64,000 nt of DNA from the NCBI RefSeq assembly GCF_006345805.1, contig NC_042997.1, positions 153,946,001 through 154,010,000 on the forward strand, written 5' to 3'. A program made the position numbers and the translations under genes. The notes below the pieces were generated by a model, which was given only the letters and a program-made list of their open reading frames with translations, was not told the DNA's origin and made no database searches. This document shows positions 1-14,016 of the stretch, piece after piece. Numbering within the stretch: position 1 is the first letter of the stretch; each line of letters starts with the position of its first letter. The stretch comes from Octopus sinensis. Taxonomy: Eukaryota.

Positions 1-767
1 CCGTATCTTCGGGGAGGCTGATCTCCCTTTACAGGCTAGCAAGATGGCTGGTCCCGCTTATATTACAGAGCAGTTACTGTTTATACCTCGCTTAGAGATT
101 TATTATCGTCATGATATAAATCCAGAGAAAATACAAAACAAAGGCATAAGACGGTCCCCAGATACACCGTGTCTAGTGAAAAGAAAAGAAAAATGACGAG
201 TAGATAAGACTGATATAGCGTTGAACCTCTGACTGCTAGCTCACGGCAAATGTCAATGAAACTAAATAGTAATAAGGATATTACAATTTAACTTAGTTGG
301 ATTTTACCAGAGTGAAAACGCATGCTCTCTCAGCGAAATCGTATATATCATTTAATATCCAAGAACAGCCAATTCAGGCCAGTTACAAGCCCGATTCTGA
401 ATATCTAGGAGATCGGTGGTGGTGATGATTGGGTCTTTTTAGATGACAAACGCTTTTTCTACGACAGTAGTACTTATTGTAGTTGGTTGCACTAACTGAG
501 CATTTCTATAGAGGCAAGAATGACTGTGCGTTTAAGAGGTTTGCTTTCGTAACAACATGGTTTCAAGTTCGATTTCACCACGTAGCACCTCGTGCAAGTT
601 CCTTCTAACATAGCCTCGAGATTACCAACGTAGTTTAAATAAAATCTGCTTAACAGAAATTGCCTGTCAGAGAACAGAAACTATGTGGAAATCTGTCAGA
701 AGATCCGTTTCTATTCTTGGTCCTTCACTGCCTTCAGCAAAAAAGGACCTTGAAATTTATGACTGAT

Positions 768-809
<42 letters not shown>

Positions 810-824
810 TCTTTTAGTCTACGG

Positions 825-1150
825 CAGTGGTTCTCAACCATTTTTTACTTATGGACCCCTTTCCTTTCATTACTATTTTACTCTAGTGGATCCCCGTAGC
901 CATTCGATGTTTAGAAAAAAAAAACTGGTTTTATAAATACTTGTTTCAAAATTCCTATTTTATTTTTCACACATTAACTTGTGTAGGTTGAACTATATAA
1001 AACGTTGGAGAAAACTAGTTGTTTCTTGCAATAAATACATCTAAAGCATAACTTTTTCATGGACCCTTAATTACTATTTTGCTTGCATGAACCTCGAAAA
1101 TCTTATATAGAAGCCCCAAAGGTCATGTGGACTACAGTTGAGAACCACTG
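825..1150. mobile_element. hAT (Charlie-like) MITE
   Basis: TIR CAGTGGTTCTCAAC at both ends. 8-bp TSD-like flanks GTCTACGG/CTCTACAG. Confidence 0.85.
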
Positions 1151-1295
1151 CTCTACAGCATGTCTCTTACCATAGATGACTTAATATATGCAACAGTAAC
1201 CCAAAGTATCTAAAAGACATTATCCGTATGTGAAAAAAGATCACTATTTTGAAATAAGGTTGCAAACAAAAAAGAAACCGTTAAATCATGAGTAT

Positions 1296-1717
1296 ACTCT
1301 CTCTCTCTTTTACTCTTTTACTTGTTTCAGTCATTTGACTGCGGCCATGCTGGAGCACCGCCTTTAATCGAGCAAATCGACCCCGGGACTTATTCTTTTG
1401 TAAGCCCAGTACTTATTCTATCGGTCTCTTTTGCCGAACCGCTAAGTAACGGGGACATAAACACACAAGCATCGGTTGTCAAGCAATGCTAGGGGGACAA
1501 ACACAGACACACAAATACACACACGCATATATATATATATATATATATATATACGACGGGCTTCTTTCAGTTTCCGTCTACCAAATCCACTCACAAGGCT
1601 TTGGTCGGCCCGAGGCTATAGTAGAAGACACTTGCCCAAGGTGCCACGCAGTGGGACTGAACCCGGAACCATGTGGTTGGTTAGCAAGCTACTTACCACA
1701 TGGCCTCTCCTGCGCCT
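1296..1717 (-). mobile_element. tRNA-derived SINE family A
   Basis: A/B-box head (GGTTCAGTCCC), CORE-like CCTTGGGCAAGT, internal CA/TA microsatellite, (AGTAAAAG) tail. Confidence 0.9.
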
Positions 1718-1827
1718 ATTTTCTGACATTTTCTTATAGTTTCATTTTTACCTTTTCTGTGAGATTTTCCTGGATATGTTTTCTCTCGATTATAAACAAC
1801 GCCGTCCAGTTAGAAATCCTCAGTACA

Positions 1828-1939
1828 AGGAAGTGAGCTGTAATCTCTAAGATCACAAGGAGGCAACTACATTTTTGACATACCTAAGATTACGTCAAAA
1901 GGTTAGTATTTAGTTTTAGGGCGGGGAAATAAGGCCAAT
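1828..1939. promoter_or_regulatory. CRE/GC-box/CCAAT cluster
   Basis: AGGAAGTG near 1828, TTACGTCA 1890-1897, GGGCGGGG 1919-1926, CCAAT 1935-1939. Confidence 0.3.
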
Positions 1940-2289
1940 CGAGAAGAGCTGCTAACGCTAACGTAGTGTAAATGCATCATATGCTAAAGTGATGAGCCAA
2001 ATTAGTGACTGAACTTTTATTAGTCCCACTTAAACCTACTTGATGCACCTACTTTTCTTCTTCAAGCCATCCCAAACAAGTTCCGATTTTCCGGGCTCCA
2101 TTCTTTTAAAGTCTATCCTACTTCCCCATTTTCATACATTTGCAATAATTGAAAATTAACTTTAATCAGGTTAATTTCACAGAGTTCTCTTCATTTACAA
2201 CTCACCAGTCTAGAAGGAAGTAAACAAAAATGCCTAAGAGCATATTTATTCTTCAAAGTAATTGCTAATAATTGTTCCTAATTTAGTCA

Positions 2290-2870
2290 TTAAGACAGCA
2301 GTTTTGAGCAGCGGAGACTTGTCAACACCCCAATATTTGGTTATTAATTTATTTTATAGATCCCAAAAGAATGAAAGGCAAAGCTAACTTCGGCTAGATT
2401 TGAAGTTTGAAAGTAAAGGGCCAGAACAAATACCGCAAGACATTTTTTTCCCTATGCTCTAATGAGTCTCCTTGATCACTGCCTTATGAAGTAATCTCTT
2501 GTAATTATTTCCAGTTTAGGCATAGAGCCAATAATTTTGAGTGAGGTGGTAAGTCAACATCATCGACCTCAGTAGTTGACTGATATTTTATTGACATTCG
2601 ATAGGATGAAAGGCAAAGTTAACCTTGGCGGGTTGTGACCTGACAAAATAATCTCTTTTGAGATATTGGTTTCAAATTTTGGCACAAGGCTAGCAATTTC
2701 GTGGTGGTTGAGGGAAGGTAAATCGATTACATAGACCTCAGTACTTATTTATCGACGCTAAAAGGATGAAAAGCAAAATCGACTTCGGCTGAATTGGAAC
2801 TCTGAACGTAAAGACCGACGAAATGTCACTAAGCATTTTGTCCGGCGTGCTAACGATTCTGATAGCTTTT
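2290..2870 (-). mobile_element. Three decayed family B SINE copies
   Basis: Repeated GGATGAAAGGCAAAGT...GGC motifs. Confidence 0.7.
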
Positions 2871-3429
2871 GAGATATCAAACACAAAAAAATGAAGGTAG
2901 ATTTTCCAGCCACGTTATACTCGCCATTTCTATTGTAATTTCAGTTAATTTTCTGAAGAGCAGGATGTCCCTCACTCTCACCTTCAAGTGGTACTTGAAG
3001 AAATTAAGGTTTGGTTAGAAGAGGAAAAGTTCCATCCCTCCAACTTCTCAGATATATCCACCATATATCTTTCGCCATAATCACCTTTTCCTAAAATATT
3101 GTCAATGATTAATTAATATTTTGCATTTGTCTCCTTTGCCGATTTTTTTCAAGGATTAGTCATTTAGACAATAATAATCATTATTATCGCGAAGATTGTA
3201 ATTTAAATTAAAATTTCTTAGCTTATTGCATCATCTACTTTACTATGAAGTTTCCATATAGCTCGCATTCTTGGTTAATTTTCCTCGGACATTGTTTCAG
3301 AGATAGCTTTCTTGAAATCCATTTCTACATAAAACGAGCCATTTGATTTAATTTTTCTCTATTGAACCGAATAATTTAACCGGACTCTTAACAAGCGACA
3401 AATAATGGTCAGCATGCTTTTACTTCTCC

Positions 3430-3870
3430 AGAGTTCTGTGTCGACATTGATTTGTCACATGGAATTTCTTCAAAGAGGCATGGATCATCTCAAATTCCAA
3501 CACCATAACGATAACATCACCCGTGTGTGCAGATTCAGTTACTCTCTGCCTTAGTCGAAGAAAAACAGGAGGCAACCCATACAACTTTTGAAGAAAAAAA
3601 CCTCAAGAACCTAAAGGTACAGAGTAGCAAATCGGTATAAAGATGCACTTTTGGGTGTCTGCGAATGCGATACGAAACGGTTCCAATAGATGGTCGTTAA
3701 CTTTGACAACCGGGAAGATATCATAACTCAATGAAGTGATCCAATCTCTGAATAATGGATTGAAATCGACTATAGCTATAACATTCGCAAGGTAGCAATG
3801 GCTGACTCTGTTAGACACTTTACATTGCTCTGAACTAGTGGCTTTTAACCTAGGTGGTAGCCAGTTTGAA
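3430..3870 (-). mobile_element. Decayed L1/Tx1-like RT remnant
   Basis: PVVKVNDHLLEPFRI (motif before the RT QG/SP region) and SAHTGDVIV (decayed YADD region). Confidence 0.5.
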
Positions 3871-4590
3871 GGCCTTGTGAACTTAGAAAAGGGGATGGTA
3901 AATGTCAAGATGGACGTTGGGTGTTTAGAGGGGTCGTGAGTTTTCTTAGAAATAAAATATTTAAACCAGGCACAATACTTATATTTTAAACGTTTTTTTT
4001 TTTCAAAATCACTTAGTTAGGATTAAAGTATGAGTTCGGACATTGTATAATCAGTAGACAAAAGCCATAACTAACAATGCACCAAGGCCCAGTGTAATTT
4101 CCTTATATAAGTGCTAATTTCTTTTTAGTATTTCGGTAAAAATTACCACAGGGTTAATTAGTTCATGCAAATATCTTTTAAGGAGAGACACATCACAGAA
4201 TGGGATAGTCTAAAGAAGAATGGATACTGTATGATTAAAAATAAGCGAAAGGAGCGTTTGAAAAACACCATTTAGTAATAGGCGGCACGGAGCTACAAAA
4301 AACAGAGTCTGTGATCTTTACTGATATGCAACCTATCACTGTTAAATTGTTAAATAAGACCCACCCCTATCTTTGATGTAATGTGTGATACAGAGTTTGA
4401 CTTGAATGGATTTTGCCTCAATCGCACAAGTTTGTACGAAAACGATGGCACTGTTAAAGACAAACAATAAATTCTTTGTTATCTCTTAGCAGCTGTTTAG
4501 CTTCTGGTCAGGCTGAAACAGTATACATATGATCAATGCTATTTTAGCTGTAACAGCTCAGTTTACATACATACATACATACATACATAT

Positions 4591-4737
<147 letters not shown>

Positions 4738-5029
4738 GGATAGATGGGGAGAGAGAGAATGTGTGTATGCGTGTAGAATTCACACTCCTTTGCATTAACA
4801 TAATGAAATCCTAGATACACATTAAAAAAAAAAGGGACAAGGTTGTCAGAGCTAGAATGCATTTGACCAGCCCTTTTTCTTCTATTTGAATACGACACTG
4901 TGTGCCTTGAAGGAGGCTCGTTGCTATGGGCAGATCTGCCCATACTAATTCTTATGCCTAATGTATTTTCTCCTTGAAGGTTATATAACCCAGGGCTGTT
5001 TATAAACAAGTTTTTCTTCATAGAACTAG

Positions 5030-5689
5030 TGTGTAACGTAATAAGCTAAACATAAAGGGGACAAACAAGGGATTAAGTCGATTACATCGACTCCAGTGCG
5101 TAACTGGTACTTGTTTAATTGACCCAGAAAGGGATGAAAGGCAAAGTCGACCTCGGCAGAATTTGAACTCAGAACGTAACGGCAGACAAAATACTCCTAT
5201 GCAGCTCGCCCGGCGTGCTAACGATTCTGCCAGCTTGCCGACCTGTAATAAGCATATATTATAAGACATATGTTTCTTTATTGCCCACAAGGGGCTAAAC
5301 ATAGAGAGGACGAACAAGGACAGACAAAGGGATTAAGTCGATTACATCGATCCCAGTGCGAAACTGGTACTTTTATTTATCGACCCCGAAAGGATGAAAG
5401 GCAAAGTCAGCCTCGGCGGAATTTGAACTCAGAACGTAACGACAGACGAAATACCTATTTCTTTACTATCCACAAGTGGCTAAACATAGAGAGGACGAAC
5501 AAGGACAGACAAAGGGATTAAGTCGATTACATCGATCCCAGTGCGAAACTGGTACTTTTATTTATCGACCCCGAAAGGATGAAAGGCAAAGTCAGCCTCG
5601 GCGGAATTTGAACTCAGAACGTAACGACAGACGAAATACCGCTAAGCATTCCGCCCGGTGCGCTAACGTGTCTGCCAGCTCGCCGCCTT
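5030..5689 (-). mobile_element. tRNA-derived SINE family B: monomer (5030-5244) plus dimer (5271-5689)
   Basis: Head TGGCAGAA..GTTAG / GAGTTCAAATTCC and Nin/Deu-like CCTTTCATCCTTTCGGGGTCGATAAA body. TATTATAAGAC flanks the dimer (5257-5267, 5690-5700). Confidence 0.9.
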
Positions 5690-6382
5690 TATTATAAGAC
5701 TTATAGATATTCAGTAACATACAAATAACGCGCATGTGTGTAAGTGGGTTGCAACGTAAGCATATACTATTCAAAATAAATCTGGCGCAATTTCTCGGAC
5801 ATTTCAACCGCAATGCTTAGTGAAGGAGTAACGCAATTAAGCTTTTGTCCAGCCGTCGTCATCAGCTCTTCCTTGTTTTCGAGTAATTTCTTCTTTTCCT
5901 TATTTGCTATACTGGTATTTCTAATGACCAAAGTGACCAATCCTTGCATTAAATATGAAGAAAAGTTCACCTTTTAATTGAAGAAAATGTTGAACATAAA
6001 GGTTCGTACATAAAGGCTCGCACATAAAAGAAAAGATCGTACATAAAGGCTCAAGATATCTCTTAGCATGAGAATAAGACCAAACACGAGATTTATAGAC
6101 ACATTCTACTCATCTCTATTAATGTTGATTAACGCAGGCTAGGCTTTCCTGGAAATTGTTATCGTACGTAACAACGGACCATACTGGCTATTAAGTTTTG
6201 GAGACTTGCACACCTTATGAGACCACTCAACTACATTAATGTTATTGGCAAAGACAGACAACACGAAATTAAACCTGGGACAGAGATTCGTAGAGCAGCG
6301 TGATTAAACGCATTTCCGTTGCGGCAACTTGAAGAATATAATATAATATATAATATGATATAATGTAATATAATATAACATA

Positions 6383-6431
<49 letters not shown>

Positions 6432-6487
6432 GATAGATAGAAACATACACAGATACATACATAGACAGGCAGACAGACAGATTGATA

Positions 6488-6520
<33 letters not shown>

Positions 6521-6864
6521 ATATATTGTTGTATTTCGGGACGGTCATTTTGTTTTGCCAAATAAACACACGCACTATATGTTTTTTTCTTCATTCGTTT
6601 ATTACTGTTTGTATTTCATTTTTAAGTCATTATCCATTGTCCGGAAATTTTTCATCACACATCTGCGACCTCTTCAGCGGCACTTTTCCTTTTCGCGTGT
6701 GTTCTCGCTTCACTTACTCCATTCTGTTCTTCTGCGGATACACGCCTTGGAAGAAAAGACTGGAGTAAGCGGAGCAAGAACAGTTGAATTAGGTACTTAA
6801 GTTGAAGCACCAAATCAGTCCGGTATTATCCGCACAGCTCGAAGTGACGAGAATAAAATCAAAA

Positions 6865-7136
6865 TAAGCAACAAGATATCAAGTGGTAATGCAGTACGAC
6901 CGTTTCAAGCGGCTCCATTTAATTGAACAATGCAATCATTACATCAATTTAAATGCAGTGCTATCTTCAGCTGCACAAAATATAGAATTTTTTAACATAC
7001 ATACAGATAAGCAGCTAAAAAATTCTATATTTTGTGCAGCTGAAGATAGCACTGCATTTATGTAATGATTGCATTGTTCAATTAAATGGAACCGCTTGAA
7101 ACGGTCGTGATGCATTACTTGATATCCTGTTGCTTA
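6865..7136. repeat. Long foldback element
   Basis: Arms 6865-6994 and 7016-7136, 21-nt loop, few mismatches and small indels. Confidence 0.9.
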
Positions 7137-7355
7137 ATTTGAATGTGGATTCGTCCTTTAACTGGAGGTTTCAAAAAAAGACTTCTAACTTTGATTCTTC
7201 ATACTTTACTGGGAGTTTACAGGCGTAAATTTGCAAAGATATAAAAGTAGTACTTGTATATAATGCATGATGAATTTATGGAATGAAGTTCCATAAATCC
7301 CATCAAATTCTTTAAAAATGGAGGAAAAACAAGTTGTTAAAATTTATAAGTTTAA

Positions 7356-7444
7356 TTCTTGCAGACGATCGTTTCGTACAAAGATATATAAATTCATGAT
7401 TGAATTAAATTAAATTAATATCATCGTACTCTTCAGAGCAGGAA
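7356..7444 (-). ncRNA. Type I hammerhead ribozyme-like motif with extended stem II
   Basis: Minus strand reads TTCCTGCT-CTGAAGA-GTAC...GTAC-GAAAC-GATC-GTC-TGCAAGAA. Canonical core, palindromic ACGATCGT stem III, GUC triplet. Two mismatches in stem I. Confidence 0.65.
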
Positions 7445-7731
7445 AGAGAGAAACCATATAACAAGGAACTTAAAAAAAGAATAGAGTCGAAAAAAATTGG
7501 ATCTAGGAGAGTCATATTGGTATCCGTGTGACAAAGAGATGTCATATCAAATATCCGACATATATATATATATATATATATATATAACAATTTAATAAAT
7601 AAATCATATGCATACATACATACATATATGTACATACCTACATCTATATGTATATATACATGCATATATGAGTACAGGACACCACAAATAAAGGTAGAAC
7701 ACAAATAGAAACGAAAACAAAATCAAACGGA

Positions 7732-8086
<355 letters not shown>

Positions 8087-8470
8087 ACACTAACCTACCT
8101 AAAAAAAAGGGAAAGAATCAGAGATCCTTCCCGATTCATAGGCTCGTAAGGCCGGTTTCCCGGATTCTGTGACGTATATATCTCCCTCATCCACTTACGC
8201 TAGACGGGATGCCCGGTACGTCGCAGGATAACTTTTTTTTCCAGCTGAGTGGACTGGAACGATTCGTTGTGTTTTTCAGCAAAGCACCTCGCTTTAGCGT
8301 CTCCACGTTTACATACATACACGCATACATACAGACATGCATCTATATATCATGTGTGTGTGTGTGTGTGAGTGTGTCTGTGTGTGTGTATAACGAAATG
8401 TTAGCGCCAAGCATAACCTAATATATATATATATCTATATATGTATATATGTATATGTATATGTTATAAC

Positions 8471-8530
<60 letters not shown>

Positions 8531-8667
8531 ATATATATATATATATATATCACCGTGATCACCGTGACCGACCAGGCTATCAGATGTTGCTACACATCGC
8601 TGGTCACAATGCGCTTTGCATTGTTTTAGCCTTCGAATGACGCCACACACACATACATATATATGTA

Positions 8668-8713
<46 letters not shown>

Positions 8714-8983
8714 CGTGTGTGTGTGTGTGTGTGTGAGTGTGAGTGTGAGTGTGTTTAGTGAATCTTGTATGCATGAAGTGGATTCGACCCACCACAGCCA
8801 AATTTAAATTAACACTGCAACACAACTTTTCCCACGATGGAACAATGGTTTTTCTCTCACAGCAGTTTTACATTTTCTATTTCTCTCTCCCTCCCTCTCT
8901 CCCTCTCACTCTCTCACTCTCTCACTCTCACTCTCTCTCTATCTATCTATCTTTCCACCTCAGTCCGTCTGTCTATCTGTTTC

Positions 8984-9560
8984 TATGTATGTATGTATGT
9001 ATGTATGTATGTATGTATGTATGTATGTATGTATGTATGCTTGTATGCATGTATGTATGTATGTATGTATGTATGTATGTATGTACGTATGTATGTATAT
9101 GTATGCATGCATGTATGTATGTATGTATGTATGTATGTATGTATGTATGTATGTATGCTTGTATGTATGTATGTATGTATGTATGTATGTATGTATGTAC
9201 GTATGTATGTGTATGTATGCATGCGTGTATGTATGTATGTACGTATGTATGTATGCATGTGTATGTATGCATGCGCGTATGCATGTATGTATGTATGTAC
9301 ATATGCCATGCACATACACAACACATACAGATACCGCGCATTATGAACTTCATACATACATACATACATCTATCTTTTTACTTCTGCTCATCTGTCTGAC
9401 TGTCTGTATGTATGTATGTCTGTGTATACATATTCGCATGCGTATGTATATGCAGATATAAACACACATACATATACCGCACATTAATAGCTACCTACTA
9501 ACCTACATACATACATATATACACACGTGTGTGTGTGTGTATGTATATATGTGTATGTGT
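8984..9560. repeat. (TATG)n compound microsatellite
   Basis: Long TATG/CATG tract. Confidence 0.95.
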
Positions 9561-10954
9561 ATGACTGTATACACATATACGAATACACGTATTTATGCAC
9601 CCAATAAATATACACACATACATCTATATCTGTATACGTGTGCGTATTTACGCTTGTATCTGAATATATATATATATATACACATATGCTTGCACATAAA
9701 CACATACATATTACATACATACATACATACATATATGCTTGTACGTGTGTGAATGTATAGACTCACACACTTGCATGTACCTATACATATACACATGATA
9801 TACATGTGTGCATCTACGTGAGTATGTGCCGAAAGACATGTACATATGTATACTTTTATATTCAAATTCTTTTCTACATATATATATGGTAATGTTTAAT
9901 TACGTGCATGTGTGCGTGTATGTGTGTGTCGAGCGAGTGTGTGTGTGTGTGTGTCAGTGTATAGATTACGATTTTCAAAAGATACAAAGAGTTAATGCGT
10001 TTAGTTTGGAGGTATATGCTAGCAAAATATGTCTAGATTAAGAAAGAATATCACCTATCGACTTCAATCCGAATAAATATTGAGGGAAATAAAAGGATGT
10101 TGACTCGGTGTTCGGGAGAATAAACAGGGATAATTTAGCGGATACAAGACTAAACTATACATATAACACTATTTAAGAATATATTGCACTAATTATTGTT
10201 TTTCAGTCAAATCTATTTTGCATTAATTTATTTATGAAAAAATTAATATTACAAGTCATATTAAGAACAAAAGCCTAGTATGGAATAACCATTAATATTA
10301 AATGCCAAGTCAATTTTCCTAGCTACCGCAGATGTCGGTGTTCTGATTGGTCAAAACATGTGTGACGTACACATCGTTACTATTTCATTACCTATATTGT
10401 TCCGAGTTCAAAAAGTCTTAAAATTTTTGTTTTAAATTATGTTATAGAATTGTTTTTACTATATAATATGCATTTCTTATGGTATGAATGAAAGGAATTT
10501 GCACAGGAAAATAATTAAAAGCGCTGAATGTTGACAATTTGCGTAGTCTGCAAAGGTTGATAAATGTTAAAATATTGTTTATCATTGGTAGTATAAGCAC
10601 AAACATCTTTCGCTCTTTATACACACATATACAAGCACATACGCAAGTGTGTGTGTGTGTGTGTGTATATGTGTGTGTGTATGTGCGTGTATATGTGTGT
10701 GTTATATACATACATGCACATATGCATACTCAAATACATACATGCACGGACGCAGGCACGCATACATATACACATATATTATATATATATTTATTCATTT
10801 ATTTATATATCATATTTGGTTTCATATATATATATATATATATATTATATTTGATATATATCGACAGAACAGCTTCTGTACAATATAGTCTTTCTGTTAT
10901 GAAAATCATTTTTTTTAATCGTTAATCCTTTCAAATATTTTTGTTAATAAAATT

Positions 10955-10988
<34 letters not shown>

Positions 10989-11153
10989 GGTGGCTGCTGC
11001 TACTACTACGCGCACACACACACTCACACACACACACATACGCCTACTATCTGTTGATTGGTCTTTCTACTAAAGCCGGAACTGTCTCTGCCTGCATTTA
11101 ATGCTTGGAACAGCTGAAGTACTATCAAATGGTGTTTGTCGTGCGGAGGGAAG

Positions 11154-11413
11154 ATGACGCGTACCTTGCTCAGTTCGGTGAAAAATTGCGATACTCAGTC
11201 AGCAAAGGCTATTCTTATACACGAGCAGTATGACAATATCAATGCTCAAGATTCGTGTGAGGGTGGCACTGCCTTATTTTGGGCCTGTTCTAATGGTTTA
11301 ATAGAAATAGTTCGATTTTTAATTTCACTTAATGCTGATATTGAAGCTTCTACAGCATGGAATGCTACTCCGTTACATGCTTCGGCTGATAATAACCATA
11401 TAGATATTGCCGG
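11154..11413 (+). CDS. Ankyrin-repeat protein, coding exon 1
   Basis: ATG 11154 with A at -3 and an in-frame upstream TGA at 11115. Encodes GTALFWACSNGLIEIVRFLISLNADI and ATPLHASADNNHIDIAG (ANK repeats). Ends at phase-2 donor GG|GTATGT (11413/11414). Confidence 0.9.
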
Positions 11414-12596
11414 GTATGTTGAAATTCTTTTGTTACTCTTTGTTTCTATGTTATTTAATGTTCAATAGCATTTCCAAGAATTACTGATATTTGCATCAAC
11501 TCATTGTTTATGTATCATGACCAATTGATTAAGAAGTTATCTTTAAAAAAAAAACATTTGTGAAGTTGGAAAGAAGTGAAGTGTGGATATCCATCCGAAG
11601 GATCTATACATATATTTCAAAGAGCTAACCTTGTCGTGCAGTTTCACATTCTGATTCTGTTTGTGAACTCCATCAAGGCTATAAGAGTTTCGAATTTTCA
11701 ACCACTGGATTGAGTTGGCAGTTGAGTCGTCGAAACCCATGAGGATCCATACATATATATGTGTGTGTAAAACCTACTTTCAACTCCTAAAATTCTAGTT
11801 TAATTTACTGTTCTTTGGTTGATGTAAGAAAATCTATTACGCTTAATCCAATACGTCCCGTATAAACATTTTAATATTTATAATTATATCTTTAGAAGAA
11901 GGATGACAATGATTTCGAAGTTTCGATCTGCTAGCCTTTGTCGTACTTTGCTACACTTTGTATTTTAACTCGACACAATGGGATGATTGTGTGTGTGTAT
12001 GTGTGTGTGTGAGAGAGAGAGAGAGAAAGATGAGGAAAGTGATGGCGAAAGTGTGTAGGAAAATAGGTATAGGAATTACATTAAGGAATCGGAAAGAAAA
12101 ATATTTCTCAACCATGCTGGTACAACGTCAATGAAAATAAGTTCTTGGTTATTATTATTTTTTTTTTAACTCTTTAAGTTCTTAAAAATAATCAAAATAT
12201 TGAAAGTTGCGATGAGTTAAAAGTAGGATATGCATCAGTCGTGCTGCTAGTAATTGTGGATCTTTTTCTAGAGCGCGTGGTTATATTTACATTTTATTCA
12301 GAAAACTCGTGTCGATTTATAACAAAGGATCGCTTACATATAAACAACGGGGCGAGCTCTTTTGTGTTATGTTGGTAAATTACTATTACTTTTTTTTTTT
12401 TTTGATTTATCAGCGTAACGAATTAAAAGTGAAAACTGCAGAAGCACGTGTATTTCTATATCATAAAGTGTTTTATATATGTGTGTATATATTTATATGC
12501 ATGTGTGTATCTGTATGCATATAAATATGTATTTGTATATGAATATCAATATATATTTAAATATGTTTATATATGTGTGTGTGTGTACATATATGT

Positions 12597-12764
12597 TATA
12601 TTATAAAATAAGAGCAGGAAAATTACATCAAGAAATCGTCACAGAAAATATGCGTCGAAAATAATATTGTATTAATAGATCGATGTATACATATATAAAA
12701 GTATGATTATTTAAATGCTTTAAGAGTTTTTTATGTAATTTTCCTGCTTTTATTTTATAATATA
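12597..12764. mobile_element. AT-rich MITE in ANK intron 1
   Basis: 32-bp TIRs at 12597-12628 and 12733-12764, one mismatch. Confidence 0.8.
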
Positions 12765-12809
12765 ATATATAATCACGGATCTTGTATTCTCATTGAATAT
12801 ATTTCATTA

Positions 12810-12832
12810 AGAATATATATATATGGGAAGCA

Positions 12833-12863
<31 letters not shown>

Positions 12864-13249
12864 GGTGTATATATATGTATGTGTGTATATGTAAATGTGT
12901 GTGTATATATATATGTATGTATATATATGTTGATGTAGGTATATATATATATATATGTATATATATGTGTGTGTGTATGCATATATATATATATAAATGT
13001 ATTTATATGTGTATATATGTATATATATATATGTGTGTGTGTATATATATATATATATGTGTGTGTGTGTATATATATATGTGTGTGTGTGTATATTATA
13101 TATGTCTGTATATGTGCATATGTATGTATGTAAGTATATACATGTATCTCTATCTGCATGTAAAAATGTGTATATGTACGTATATGTGTATATATATATA
13201 TATTTGTATATATATATGTATATTTTTGTATAGGTCTGTATATGTATGT

Positions 13250-13296
<47 letters not shown>

Positions 13297-13855
13297 TATA
13301 TATATATACATATATATGTGTGTATGTATGTATATGTAGCGTATATATATATTGTATATATGTATATAATGTTTGTATATATGTATATATACATGTATAT
13401 ATATATGTATATATGTGTATATATATATGTGTGTGTATATATATGTGTATATATATATGTATGTTTATATGTGTGTGTATACGTATTTGTATGTGTATAT
13501 ATATATATACATGTGTGTGTATGTATATATATGTGTGTTTTATGTATGTGTGTATATGTATGCATAAGTCTATGCTTGTATTTATATATATTTGTGTTTG
13601 TGTTTTGTGTGTATATATGTGTGTGTGTGTATATGTATGTATAAGTGTATGTGTATATATATGTGTGTGTATATATATATTATATATTTGTATATGTATG
13701 TATGTATGCATATATTTATGCATGTGCATATGTGTACATGTATGTATACATATATTTATACATATATGTATATATTTGTGTATATATATTTTTGTATGTA
13801 TATGCATGTATTTGTATGCATGCATATATACATGTGTGTGTGTGTGTGTGTATAA
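12810..13855. repeat. ~1-kb degenerate (TA)/(TG) microsatellite in ANK intron 1
   Basis: Low-complexity AT/TG dinucleotide tract. Confidence 0.95.
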
Positions 13856-14016
13856 ATTGTTAGTGCAATACATACTCAATACACAATGAGTTTGTGGCTG
13901 AAGCGATAGCATTAATGCAATAACATTGAAACCCAACAAAATCTCAGCCTTTAAGTGGTCGTTTGGTATATTAGTATTGATAAAGGAAATTTTATAACAT
14001 CAAAATCTCTCTCGAA

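Noticed and set aside
1476-1836. Recurrent MSSNARGTNTDT and MLGGQTQT ORFs
   Set aside because: Antisense reading frames of SINE family A, repeated at each copy.
1990-2012. C/D snoRNA (GTGATGA...CTGA)
   Set aside because: The boxes are only about 13 nt apart, with no guide region or terminal stem.
8749-9461. Long MYVC/HTYI ORFs (also 12807-13939, 53974-54398, 56709-57174, 58593-59085)
   Set aside because: Stop-free translations of TATG/CA/TA microsatellites, not genes.
11414-11468. C-terminal YVEILLLLFVSMLFNVQ of the 110-aa ORF
   Set aside because: Intron read-through after the GTATGT donor; the ANK repeat continues correctly in exon 2.
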